The position numbers and the translations under genes are program-made. The notes below the pieces were generated by a model. The model was not told the origin of the DNA and searched no databases. It saw only the letters and a program-made list of their open reading frames with translations. A DNA stretch of 64,000 nucleotides from Tubulanus polymorphus (Eukaryota; Animalia; Nemertea): positions 266,031-330,030 of the forward strand of contig NC_134033.1 in NCBI RefSeq assembly GCF_964204645.1, written 5' to 3'. Every line of letters begins with the position of its first letter. The stretch's first letter is position 1. This document shows, in pieces, positions 51,901 to 63,231 of this stretch.

Positions 51901-54900
51901 TGATGAGTGTTTGGATGAATGCATAAAAACAATGGGAAATGATAGTCATGGTGAGTACCTCACATGGGTACCTCACATGAAGGGTACACCTCATGTGTAT
52001 CCTCAAGGGTACATACATCTCATGAGTACCTCTCGTGAGAGGTACTCATGAGTACTTCTCATGAGTACCTCATATGCGTACTTCTTATGAGTACCCATCA
52101 TGGGGATACCTTGTAATATTAATTATTAGTACCTGATATAAGCTTCCTTGAAGTTGATTCAATGTAATGAATGAATTCTATTTTCAGGCGAATCATCAGA
52201 AATGGAAAGTCTCTTGAAAGAGGATTGGGGTAAGTAAATTATACAGTTGTCACTTTCAGATTCAAAATAGGTAAAATAGTTTGAGATAAAATTTATTGAT
52301 GCGATAAAGATGAAATTTAGTTTCATTTTCAGCCGAATTACATGTATGATAAAATGGATTAATTTGGATTACTGGGGACCTTTTTGTGATATAACTCATT
52401 CGCAAATTTAATGCAACAAGGCGCGCCGTTAAAGATTGAAATTTGCGGTAAAATTGTGAAATTTCCTGATATAAAGATCTGCATAGGGGACTCTAGAAAA
52501 CGTGTTTTGGAAGTTTGACTCGCAATTACTTAAAAACTAATAAAGATAATTGAAAACCGTAAAAAGCAAATAAGATTGATCCTGAAAACTCTGAAAATGG
52601 AGATAAATATTTGTAAGAATTACGAACTTTTGAGTGATTCATTTTCCATAGCATGATAAAGAAGGCACCCTACTAAATACTAATCCATCACACAAACTCT
52701 TCACTTATTGAGATTAATTTTTAAATATTACATTATTTCGGAGGATCCATTTTCTGTTCATTACACTATAGAATGTAATAATATTATATCATTATGGGAT
52801 GAGCAATAATTCAAGTTGAATTATCGGGAAGACTATATCAATGTTTATAACTTCACCAGCGCGCATTGTTGCATTAAATATATGAATGAGTTATATCATA
52901 AAAAAGTTAATTATCAGCTGAGTTCATCGATATTTTTACTTTGTTTCTATCTTAATCCAATCCAGAGATATGAACGAATTAAAAAAGATTAAAATGGGGA
53001 AAAAATTGGGACAAGAATTCAACAATAAGGACCCGGTGGGTAGCAAATAATGGCGCCTGGCAACTGTAAAAAGACTTATCGCGTCGCAACCGACTTACAC
53101 CCGGCTTAACATATTGAAAGAACGAATGAATTTATTTCTGAAAGAAGAAATCGAAGGAATTCTGTAAAATAATAATAATTTTCCCGCCTGATGTCATATC
53201 GGGATATCCCTTGACTTTTGCGCACCGATATGGCTGATCGGCCTTTCTAAAAAAAGTGATTCATACTCATTGAGAAGCGCCGCTACTTATTGTATTGTAT
53301 ATCCGAGGCCTAGAAACAATTTCTTGATGAAATCTAAATTAACAAAGTATATTTGGTTTACCTGCGCAAGGACATAAAACCGGCACTTCTTATGCGTGTA
53401 AGCAGCGAAGATTTGTGTTCAGAAAACCAGTTCATCGTGTATCACGTGACTAATACAGTTTTCCAATCCTCACTTCAAAAGTTAAGAACTAAATGAAATT
53501 AATTGTTGTCATCCGATTGACTCAAACTAAAATTCTGAGAAAGATGAGATTAATAAACATTTTGTGCTGTGCTGAAAATCGCAAGTTGATGCGCGGCGTA
53601 GTTTGCAGTATTTACTGCGGAGCTGTGATGATATCGCCCTCGTTTTAGTAACACGTGAAGCTCACCAAAATCAACGAAGCCGTTTATCTTTAGAATAAGT
53701 ATATTTTTAAAAAAAGGTGAAAAATCTGACTTTTTTAAAGGTGACTTTTGGAAATGTTTTCCTCGTGTAGATTGAAAATAAAGGATTTTTCCACTCGTGT
53801 AGATGGGACCTTGAATGTCTCTGATCGAACTTGTTGCTAACCCGACCCCACAGAAAGATTCTTTCTGGTGCATGTTTTGTCACCACAATTGCTAAGTTTT
53901 AGCTCACGGCATGATGTATGATTGTGGTGAGTTTCAGGTTTGTTGGTTTTTGTTTAAGGTCACTAGGGGGCGTTGAATAGCAAAATAACTCAGTGTTCCT
54001 TGGTACCTAGGCATATTTTTTAACTGCAGTCATTTTTGTGAAATTTTAGCTCATGACATTTTCTATGATTCTATGATTTTGAGGCAAAATCATCCACCAT
54101 AGAAATTGTAAAAAATCTCAAACTGATTTTATTTTCACAGATGTTGATCAAGTTCAGACGAGTCTGAAAGAAACGTATCAACAAATGATCGATGATGAAA
54201 ATTACAAAGAGGTTTGGTGGAGCGATGACGTCACCAATTTCAAAGACATCTTCACCAAAGAACACTCGAAAATTCGAGCCAAAAAAGGAAGTGAGAAGCA
54301 GTCATTGATTTTACCCGATGATTTCGAGAAACTTTTCACTAATAAAAAGCGTGCTATGAAACCCGTGTGCCTCGCGGGTGAACCCGGTATAGGTAAAACT
54401 ACTCAGATTGTTAATCAAGTGTTAACCTGGACAACATCAACAACGGAGTTTGTAGCAAAGTTTCCTATGTTATTCTATATACCGTTAAATGAACTGCCCG
54501 ATGATAACGCGTGTATTTATAAGTACATTTACGAACATCTTTTGAATCGAGTAATCGAAAAGGATCTGCTGATTGGTTTTGAGATATTCTTACGGGAAAA
54601 TGCAGAAAAATCGATATTTTTTCTAGACGGCTTCGACGAGTTGAAAAGCGATAAAGCGAAGGAATACATCATACACGTGACCAATAAATTACCGAAAGCG
54701 CATATCGTCATAACAACACGTGAGTCCGGGGGCAGCAAGATCGTCAATGATCCCAAATTCACTGTTGTATCGATATCCGGCTTCAAACGGGAAGAAGTCA
54801 TCGATATTATGAAGAGAAAATTCCCCAAGCGCGATCCATATCAGCTACTCGACAAGCTTGAAGACGCAGCGTCACCTTTATTTAACAGTATCTACTACAA

Positions 54901-57016
54901 CCCGCTGATACTTCTTATGTTTTGTTTTCTGTATATGGACGAGGAAGTAATTACGATACCATCAAAACTCACCGATATCTACATCGATTTGACATGTTTT
55001 CTGATCAATAAACGCGAGGGCTTCAGGTTATCGAAAGATTGTTTTTTCGACGACATCGGAAATTCTGAAGTGCTTAAAGTAATTTGTCAAGTCGCGTATG
55101 AGAGACTCATCGCGCATCAAAACAGCTTCACCGAAAATTATTTCAAACTCGACGAATCGAAGAGGACGGCTTTGACGTGTAAAGAGGTGTCGCCGCGACG
55201 GAAATCAGACCGCTCCGTCCAGCTACGGTTCATACACAAATCTGTGCACGAATTTCTGGCGGCGGTACACTCGGTCGTGCAATTCAACAACAGTGGTAAA
55301 ATACCCTGGAATAAATGCGCGTTTGAACAACTACAGGACGAACTTGTGAAATATGGTGAATTATACCCGAGATTCATGTCAGGGCTGCTGTATCGTTACA
55401 AGTATAACCGCGGCCTCGGTGAACTTTTCAATACTTTAATAAATGAACATTTAAAAGCAGTCACAATAATGGATAGGTTCGAGTCCTTGGTTACGTTTAC
55501 TAGGGAATGGGCAGATATGGCGCTCAACCCCGATTACGAACGCTACATCGAACTCCGATCCGAAAGAACTGTTTTATCTGATCAGTTATCTGATCAGTTG
55601 TCAATCTGCCTGAATGAAGCCGACTGGCCGGACGACGCCATTAGTGAAATAGTTCACTACATACAGAAAATGTTGTTCGTATCTGTATATAGCAGATCGC
55701 GGATAAACATGCTCGCAAAAATACTCGAACACAAACAATGTCAGATCGAGCTAGTTTACATAGAGGATTATAAGGAACTGGAACCCGACGAATGCCGCGT
55801 ATTAGAAACAGCCATAACGAGTAACACTAGTCTTCACGGTATGATAATAGATACAGACGTGTCATCAGTACGCGATCAGAACTTGACTATGTGTAAGAAG
55901 AGCAACAGTATAAACTGGTTTGTGCGGCGAGATAACGACACTGGTGAATGTTACAAGAAACTCGACAACGAATGGATTAAGACAAGTCACGTGATTGAAT
56001 CTAAAGATTACGCGCGGTTGATCAGTGGTGATACTAACACACACAATACAGTGGAGTTTCTGTTTATTAATACTAGAATTAGTGCGGAACGTTTAGGTAA
56101 TATTTTAGTCAATATTAAAAAATCGTATCCGTCCTTAAAACATCTATATCTCAGATTGCAGGAAGATCAGCTCGATAAAAATACAATCACAGGGCTGAAA
56201 AACATCATTCCGGGTTTGCAAAGCTTATATCTTGAAGTAATAATATGTTGTAAGATTTTGGTGATCGGTTCGGAGGAATGGAAAGATTTTAACAAAGCAT
56301 TAACAGATTCAGACATCGAAACATTTCAGTTCAAACTGCGTAAACGGCGCGGACTGAGCGGACCGTTCGGACTGAGCGAACTGCGCGAACATCGCGAACT
56401 GCTCGAACTGCGCGAACTGCTCGAACTGAACATACTGCGTGAACGACCCCAACTGCCCGAACTGCGCGAACTGGACGAACTGACGGCAGATCAACGTGCA
56501 GCAATCAGTGATAGCTTCGGTTCAATGCAGAAACTAAAACATCTTGTCATTTACGGAATTAATTCACAAATAAACGGCGTTCTAGTTCACCTGCCGCGGC
56601 TGACTGTGTTAGAAATAGTGTTGCATTCAGAAGCTGATGATGACGCACTTGCTCGGTATCTATCATCAGATGCGGTAAATCAGCTGATACAAGTCAGTAT
56701 TGATAGCCTTCTCGATAAACCGGAACAGAACAATCGCATCTTAAAACAACTAAATCACGTCTCATCAATTCGTTATTTGAAGTTTCGCGGTTTACTCCTA
56801 GCGCCGATTAATACACAGCACGAAATCGATTTATTCGTCAAATCAATCGTCGAATTAATCAATAATCTTCCGCATCTTTTTGACCTATATATCGGCTGCT
56901 GCAGCACCGACCCCGATACGACGAGAGATTACATCATATCAGAACTTAAAAAACTCAATAAAAGAGTGAGAGTAAAAATACGGGTCGGAGCATCTGAAGT
57001 TTCATCAGATTCATGA
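36979..57016 (+). CDS. Putative transmembrane Ig-NLR receptor, ~1855 aa, 31 coding exons: signal peptide (36979-37072), four Ig-like exons (37968-38258, 39299-39631, 40025-40351, 40561-40827), TM (41201-41302), 24 mini/microexons (42222-52229), NACHT-LRR exon (54141-57016)
   Basis: All 30 introns are GT..AG and phase 1, every internal exon length is a multiple of 3, and there is no stop between MKMKNWTCLLILLLTIKFYSEA and TGA 57016. TM is VAGVVIGILILLILIVLFILWRRGC. Confidence 0.75.
37165..38014. repeat. 82-bp minisatellite x10 spanning the acceptor of the first Ig exon
   Basis: ATTTCAG|CACCTGATGG at 37229, 37311 ... 37967. Confidence 0.95.
38432..38585. mobile_element. MITE, same family as 28320 and 33751
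   Basis: GGCCTGGTTCCACAGTTGTG...CACAACTGTGGAACTGGATC. Confidence 0.6.
41436..42060 (+). mobile_element. Non-autonomous Helentron/HINE-like element (intronic)
   Basis: 5' CCCAGCGGGCTA, TCCG-type microsatellite, CAAGATGGCC-type cores; homologous to 51195-51800 and 53910-53985. Confidence 0.55.
43145..43740. repeat. Purine-rich ~16-bp minisatellite (GAGTGGTAAGAGKAGT)
   Basis: Direct reading. Confidence 0.95.
44715..45470 (+). mobile_element. 5'-truncated, decayed non-LTR retrotransposon (RT C-terminal part) in an intron
   Basis: LLYADDTVILAE...LQCALD...INYEKTKIVVF...FTYLGMDF, then a stop and frameshift, then IWGF...KFYKYLLGV..STP...VFSEIG. Confidence 0.88.
46438..46573. mobile_element. Inverted-repeat Penelope-type terminus with a degenerate hammerhead core
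   Basis: ~57-bp imperfect arms; the + strand centre is gTGACGA T GATCTC tagtgt GAGATC GAAACGTC. Confidence 0.55.
48284..48482. mobile_element. Palindromic MITE fragment
   Basis: GGCGAATTCACACG start and internal TTGGTCCGGTCCAAATTTGGACCGGACCAA palindrome. Confidence 0.5.
51195..51805 (+). mobile_element. Non-autonomous Helentron/HINE-like element (intronic)
   Basis: Colinear homology with 41436-41910; CGTC/TCCG microsatellite. Confidence 0.6.
52380..52906. mobile_element. Non-autonomous DNA element with ~47-bp terminal inverted repeats
   Basis: CTTTTTGTGATATAACTCATTC..TTAATGCAACAAGGCGCGC versus GCGCGCATTGTTGCATTAA..GAATGAGTTATATCATAAAAAAG. Confidence 0.7.
54141..57016 (+). CDS. NACHT plus helical/winged-helix plus LRR-like terminal exon (NLR-type STAND ATPase)
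   Basis: Walker A GEPGIGKT, Walker B IFFLDGFDEL, sensor-1 IVITTR, NPLIL, FIHKSVHEFLAA, then LxxLxL repeats (LKHLYLR, LQSLYLE, LKHLVIY, LTVLEI, IRYLKF, LFDLYI). Acceptor TTTTCACAG at 54140 is in frame with the ORF. Confidence 0.93.
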
Positions 57017-57467
57017 GATAAATCTGATTCATCAGATTCATCAGATGAATCTGATTCATCAGATATATCATCGATATCGGAGTTGAGACGCAAATTAAGT
57101 AGATTAAACGATTTATACGATTCAATCGACTAACGCGCATTTTGTAAAACGTCACTTCCTAAAAACACAACAGAAACTGAACTGATATTAAACCGCAGTT
57201 TATCCTAGAGCTTATGTTCTGAGTTGTGGGTTGTTATGCATGGCATGTTACAGCTTGGCAGCCCGCATGTCGGGTAGTTCAGTGGACTTCCCTGAACACG
57301 AAAATGACCGCTGCCCAATTTTCACTGTTACCGTCGTTGCCATGGCAACCGTTTTGTATCCAAATTTCCAAAAAGTGACCATATGGTCATTGGGGCTAGA
57401 TTTTGGAATTCACATTATATATGTGTGAAATCTTATTGTCGGAAATTGAAGTAAACTTTACACGCGG

Positions 57468-57902
57468 TATCAGATTATCTCGGAAAAAATCTGCATTTGT
57501 TGAGATTTATTGCCATGGCAACCGCAAATCTTTGATTTTCTCATTTTGTGTGTGTGTTTTTCGGCAAATATAGTTGTTGCATATTTAATTAACCTCACAG
57601 GTTTTAAGCAATCTTTTTCTTAAAACATCTCCACATTATTTGGTGCATTTCGAATATAACATCGAACATGACTAGTATACCGTAGTTGAGATGGGAGGTA
57701 AAATTGATCCAAAGATTTGACCTCCTACTGTAGGATCATTAAAACCACACGTCTGAAGGGCGCAACTGCAAACATTGATTTGGACAGCACAAGTATTCAA
57801 GCCCGAATTCCATGATCCACAGTTATATTTGCCGAATGAGAAAATCAAACATTTTGCGGTCGCCATGGCAATAAATCTTAACAAATGCAGATAATCTGAT
57901 AT
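57468..57902. mobile_element. Foldback/inverted-repeat element
   Basis: ATCAGATTATCT..TGCATTTGTTGAGATTTATTGCCATGGCAACCGCAAA..TTGATTTTCTCATT is mirrored at 57835-57901. Confidence 0.65.
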
Positions 57903-58016
57903 TCACTATTTTTATCTTGCTCGCTGTAGTCAATTGTTTATATAATTGTGTATTTCGTGTCTATTTTATTGTTAACCAATGTTTATTCACTGTACGGGAC
58001 AGAGAAGGTCTCAATC

Positions 58017-58313
58017 TATATTCTGCTAAAAATAATGATCGCTTGGGGCTTGGGCAGTCCCCTCAAGCCCAATATATTCTACTGAAAATAATGATCGCTT
58101 GGGGCTTGGGCAGTCCCCTCAAGCCCAATATATTCTACTGAAAATAATGTACGCTTGGGGCTTGGGCAGTCCCCTCAAGCCCAATATATTCTACTGAAAA
58201 TAATGTACGCTTGGGGCTTGGGCAGTCCCCTCAAGCCCAATATATTCTACTGAAAATAATGATCGCTGGGGGTTTTGGCCGTGACCTCAAGCCCAATATA
58301 TTCTGCTGAAAAT
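58017..58313. repeat. 56-bp tandem repeat x5 with internal hairpin
   Basis: Unit contains GGGGCTTGGGCAGTCCCCTCAAGCCC. Confidence 0.9.
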
Positions 58314-58397
58314 AAATACGCCTCATCTAGTTTATACAAGGTTGTTGTTTGGTGTTTATTTGGAGCTGGGCATTTTTCATTGTGAGGAGATTGGACC

Positions 58398-58559
58398 ACA
58401 AGTTGCCATTTCTTTAGACTGGGCCCGGTCTAATCTTACACATGTTTCCATTTCTAAAATGGACTGGGCCCGGTCTAATCTTACACAAGTTTCCACTTCT
58501 ATGGACTGGGCCCGGTCTAATCTTACACAAGTTTCCATTTCTATGGACTGGGCCCGGTC
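58398..58559. repeat. ~42-bp tandem repeat x4
   Basis: GGACTGGGCCCGGTCTAATCTTACACAAGTTTCCATTTCTAT. Confidence 0.85.
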
Positions 58560-59189
58560 ATTTCAAAAAAATTAAATGAAATTCCTTTTCATGTTTCATA
58601 GACAAACAGTAAATGTTCTGTTTTTATTCAGATATTTTGGGTGATTTGCTTCCGCAAGGTATTGCGCACGGAACGGAACGTAAGGCTGTGAGTCACTGAG
58701 AGAGTCACCAGACTGTGTGATCTCAAATTACCATGTAAAATCGAATCAGTAATTCTGTGACGAGGCGTCCGTCGTCATCGATGTCTATGAATTTGATGAG
58801 GATTTTACCCGCGCCGAGAGTCCAGGATAGGACTAGGGTTCGGACCAGGATAGGACTAGGGTTCGGACCAGTCCGCATTAATACAGATCCCGAGACGAGA
58901 CCGTATAGTGAATTTGTATACAGACACTTTAATATACCGTCACTTCATATTGCATGATGATATTCAAACCGGTTTCGAACCTGGGACACCCTCGTGTTCA
59001 GCGTCCAAATAATCAGACAACATTAGAAACAATTTTTAAAAATCATCAAGTTTTATTTTCAATAATAAAATGACGAAATAAGTAAACAATGAACTCAGGC
59101 AAACCTAAGTACAATTACATTATCAGTGACTGGGAAATTTTAATCTAGGTCTTGACTTACATCAGTCCGACCTAGAAATAAATGGTCCC

Positions 59190-62100
59190 AGAGCCAGTCC
59201 CGGTCCCGGTCCTGAGCTAGGTTTTATACAGTCCCGGTTTCACCCAGCCAGTCCCGGTCCTGAGCTAGGTTTTGTACAGACCCGGTTTCACCCAGCCAGT
59301 CCCGGTCCTGAGCTAGGTTTTATACAGTCCCGGTTTCACCCAGCCAGTCCCGGTTTCACCCAGCCAGTCCCGGTTTCACCCAGCCAGTCCTGGTCCTGAG
59401 CTAGGTTTTATACAGACCCGGTTTCACCCAGCCAGTCCCGGTCCTGAGCTAGGTTTTATACAGTCCCGGTTTCACCCAGCCAGTCCTGGTCCTGAGCTAG
59501 GTTTTATACAGACCCGGTTTCACCCAGCCAGTCCTGGTCCTGAGCTAGGTTTTGTACAGTCCCGGTTTCACCCAGCCAGTCCCGGTTTCACCCAGCCAGT
59601 CCCGGTCCTGAGCTAGGTTTCATACAGTCCCGGTTTCACCCAGCCAGTCCCGGTTTCACCCAGCCAGTCCCGCTCCTGAGCTAGGTTTCATACAGTCCCG
59701 GTTTCACCCAGCCAGTCCCGGTCCTGAGCTAGGTTTTATACAGTCCCGGTTTCACCCAGCCAGTCCTGGTCCAGTCCCGGTTTCACCCAGCCAGTCCCGG
59801 TCCTGAGCTAGGTTTTGTACAGTCTCGGTTTCACCCAGCCAGTCCCGGTCCTGAGCTAGGTTTTGTACAGACCCGGTTTCACCCAGCCAGTCCCGGTCCT
59901 GAGCTAGGTTTCATACAGTCCCGGTTTCACCCAGCCAGTCCCGGTTTCACCCAGCCAGTCCCGGTCCTGAGCTAGGTTTCATACAGTCCCGGTTTCACCC
60001 AGCCAGTCCCGGTCCTGAGCTAGGTTTTGTACAGACCCGGTTTCACCCAGCCAGTCCCGGTCCTGAGCTGGGTTTTATACAGACCCGGTTTCACCCAGCC
60101 AGTCCTGGTCCAGTCCCGGTTTCACCCAGCCAGTCCCGGTCCTGAGCTAGGTTTTGTACAGACCCGGTTTCACCCAGCCAGTCCCGGTCCTGAGCTAGGT
60201 TTTATACAGTCCCGGTTTCACCCAGCCAGTCCTGGTCCTGAGCTAGGTTTTATACAGACCCGGTTTCACCCAGCCAGTCCTGGTCCTGAGCTAGGTTTTG
60301 TACAGTCCCGGTTTCACCCAGCCAGTCCCGGTTTCACCCAGCCAGTCCCGGTCCTGAGCTAGGTTTCATACAGTCCCGGTTTCACCCAGCCAGTCCCGGT
60401 TTCACCCAGCCAGTCCCGCTCCTGAGCTAGGTTTCATACAGTCCCGGTTTCACCCAGCCAGTCCCGGTCCTGAGCTAGGTTTTATACAGTCCCGGTTTCA
60501 CCCAGCCAGTCCTGGTCCAGTCCCGGTTTCACCCAGCCAGTCCCGGTCCTGAGCTAGGTTTTGTACAGTCTCGGTTTCACCCAGCCAGTCCCGGTCCTGA
60601 GCTAGGTTTTGTACAGACCCGGTTTCACCCAGCCAGTCCCGGTCCTGAGCTAGGTTTCATACAGTCCCGGTTTCACCCAGCCAGTCCCGGTTTCACCCAG
60701 CCAGTCCCGGTCCTGAGCTAGGTTTCATACAGTCCCGGTTTCACCCAGCCAGTCCCGGTCCTGAGCTAGGTTTTGTACAGACCCGGTTTCACCCAGCCAG
60801 TCCCGGTCCTGAGCTGGGTTTTATACAGACCCGGTTTCACCCAGCCAGTCCTGGTCCAGTCCCGGTTTCACCCAGCCAGTCCCGGTCCTGAGCTAGGTTT
60901 TGTACAGACCCGGTTTCACCCAGCCAGTCCCGGTCCTGAGCTAGGTTTTATACAGACCCGGTTTCACCCAGCCAGTCCTGGTCCTGAGCTAGGTTTTATA
61001 CAGTCCCGGTTTCACCCAGCCAGTCCTGGTCCTGAGCTAGGTTTTATACAGTCCCGGTTTCACCCAGCCAGTCCCGGTCCTGAGCTAGGTTTTATACAGA
61101 CCCGGTTGCACCCAGCCAGTCCCGGTCCTGAGCTAGGTTTTATACAGACCCGGTTTCACCCAGCCAGTCCTGGTCCTGAGCTAGGTTTTATACAGTCCCG
61201 GTTTCACCCAGCCAGTCCTGGTCCTGAGCTAGGTTTTATACAGTCCCGGTTTCACCCAGCCAGTCCCGGTCCTGAGCTAGGTTTTATACAGACCCGGTTG
61301 CACCCAGCCAGTCCCGGTCCTGAGCTAGGTTTTATACAGACCCGGTTTCACCCAGCCAGTCCCGGTCCTGAGCTAGGTTTTATACAGACCCGGTTTCACC
61401 CAGCCAGTCCCGGTTTCACCCAGCCAGTCCCGGTCCTGAGCTAGGTTTTATACAGACCCGGTTTCACCCAGCCAGTCCCGGTTTCACCCAGCCAGTCCCG
61501 GTCCTGAGCTAGGTTTTATACAGTCCCGGTTTCACCCAGCCAGTCCCGGTCCTGAGCTAGGTTTTATACAGACCCGGTTTCACCCAGCGAGTCCTGGTCC
61601 TGAGCTAGGTTTTATACAGACCCGGTTTCACCCAGCCAGTCCCGGTTTCACCCAGCGAGTCCCGGTCCTGAGCTAGGTTTTATACAGTCCCGGTTTCACC
61701 CAGCCAGTCCCGGTTTCACCCAGCCAGTCCCGGTTTCACCCAGCCAGTCCCGGTTTCACCCAGCCAGTCCTGGTCCAGTCCCGGTTTCACCCAGCGAGTC
61801 CCGGTCCTGAGCTAGGTTTTATACAGTTCCGGTTTAACCCAACCAGTCCCGGTCCTGAGCTAGGTTTTATACAGACCCGGTTTCACCCAGCCAGTCCTGG
61901 TCCTGAGCTAGGTTTTATACAGTCCCGGTTTCACCCAGCCAGTCCTGGTCGTGAGCTAGGTTTTATACAGTCCCGGTTTCACCCAGCCAGTCTCGGTTTC
62001 ACCCAGCCAGTCCCGGTTTCACCCAACCAGTCCCGGTTTCACCCAGCCAGTCCCGGTTTCACCCAGCCAGTCCTGGTCCTGAGCTAGGTTTTATACAGTC

Positions 62101-62253
62101 CCGGTTTCACCCAGCCAGTCCTGGTCCTGAGCTAGGTTTTATACAGACCCGGTTTCACCCAGCCAGTCCCGGTCCTGAGCTAGGTTTTATACAGCCCCGG
62201 TTTCACCCAACCAGTCCCGGTCCAGTCCCGGTTTCACCCAGCCAGTCCCGGTC
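59190..62253. repeat. 3-kb satellite: 48-bp unit plus 20-bp subunit, with a 746-bp higher-order duplication
   Basis: CCGGTCCTGAGCTAGGTTTTATACAGWCCCGGTTTCACCCAGCCAGTC; identical variant strings start at 60027 and 60773. Confidence 0.95.
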
Positions 62254-62341
62254 GTTTCATTCTGATGTCGACAGTTTGAAATATTGAGACAAACATTTTA
62301 TTGAGACAATTATTGATTGAATCTCGTTTGAAAGACAATCG

Positions 62342-62372
<31 letters not shown>

Positions 62373-62633
62373 TGGGCTCATATTTGTATTTACAATTAAA
62401 ACTAAGCAGTTAATTAATCATTATTAAATATTAAGTAAAATCATTAACAAAATATGGTGTGATAGATAGGCCTACTGTTCATGTAGAATTAGAAATAAAA
62501 CATTTTAAAAAACTGAAATCAACAGAATAAAATCATTGAAATAAATATTGAGAATGAATTAAAGAGATCAGAAAAACTGATAAACATCACATTCATCTTT
62601 TATATGTCATATTTTTTATAATTCAGTTACTAA

Positions 62634-62930
62634 ATGTCCCCACGGGCTACCATACAGATAACCAACATGTCCCCACGGGCTACCATACAGATAAACAACA
62701 TGTCTCCACGGGCTACCATACCGATAAACAACATGTCCCCACGGGCTACCATACAGATAACCAACATGTCCCCACGGGCTACCATACAGATAAACAACAT
62801 GTCTCCACGGGCTACCATACCGATAAACAACATGTCCCCATGGGCTACCATACAGATAACCAACATGTCCCCACGGGCTACCATACCGATAAACAACATG
62901 TCCCCACGGGCTACCATACAGATAACCAAC
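62634..62930. repeat. 33-bp minisatellite x9
   Basis: ATGTCCCCACGGGCTACCATACAGATAAMCAAC. Confidence 0.95.
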
Positions 62931-63077
62931 CCAGATGTCCCTGCGGGCTGCCATACTGCTGAATGATATGTTGTGATTGGCAGGTTCCATTTGTCGTCTT
63001 TAGAAAGTTTTGAAAATATAGATGAATTGAGGTGTCCTATATAGGAATCATTATATGAACGCTTTGAGTTCCCCTGA

Positions 63078-63225
63078 ACACCAGCGCCCCCTGCTGGATG
63101 ATCACTGTTCCTCTATATGACACCAGCGCCCCCTGCTGGACGATCAGTGTTCCTCTATGTGACACCAGCGCCCCCTGCTGGACGATCAGTGTTCCTCTAT
63201 GTGACACCAGCGCCCCCTGCAGGAT
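63078..63225 (-). promoter_or_regulatory. 42-bp repeat x4, each unit carrying a CTCF-consensus motif
   Basis: Minus strand CCAGCAGGGGGCGCTG in three units and CCTGCAGGGGGCGCTG in the fourth. Confidence 0.55.
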
Positions 63226-63231
63226 GATTTT

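Noticed and set aside
54185-57016. Stand-alone single-exon NLR starting at ATG 54185
   Set aside because: The frame is open upstream to a strong phase-1 acceptor at 54140 that matches the preceding exon chain; still formally possible as an isoform.
60027-62990. Repeat-peptide ORFs (FHPASPGPELGF..., YGSPWGHV...)
   Set aside because: Arise from 48-bp and 33-bp tandem repeats; no splice or unique coding context.
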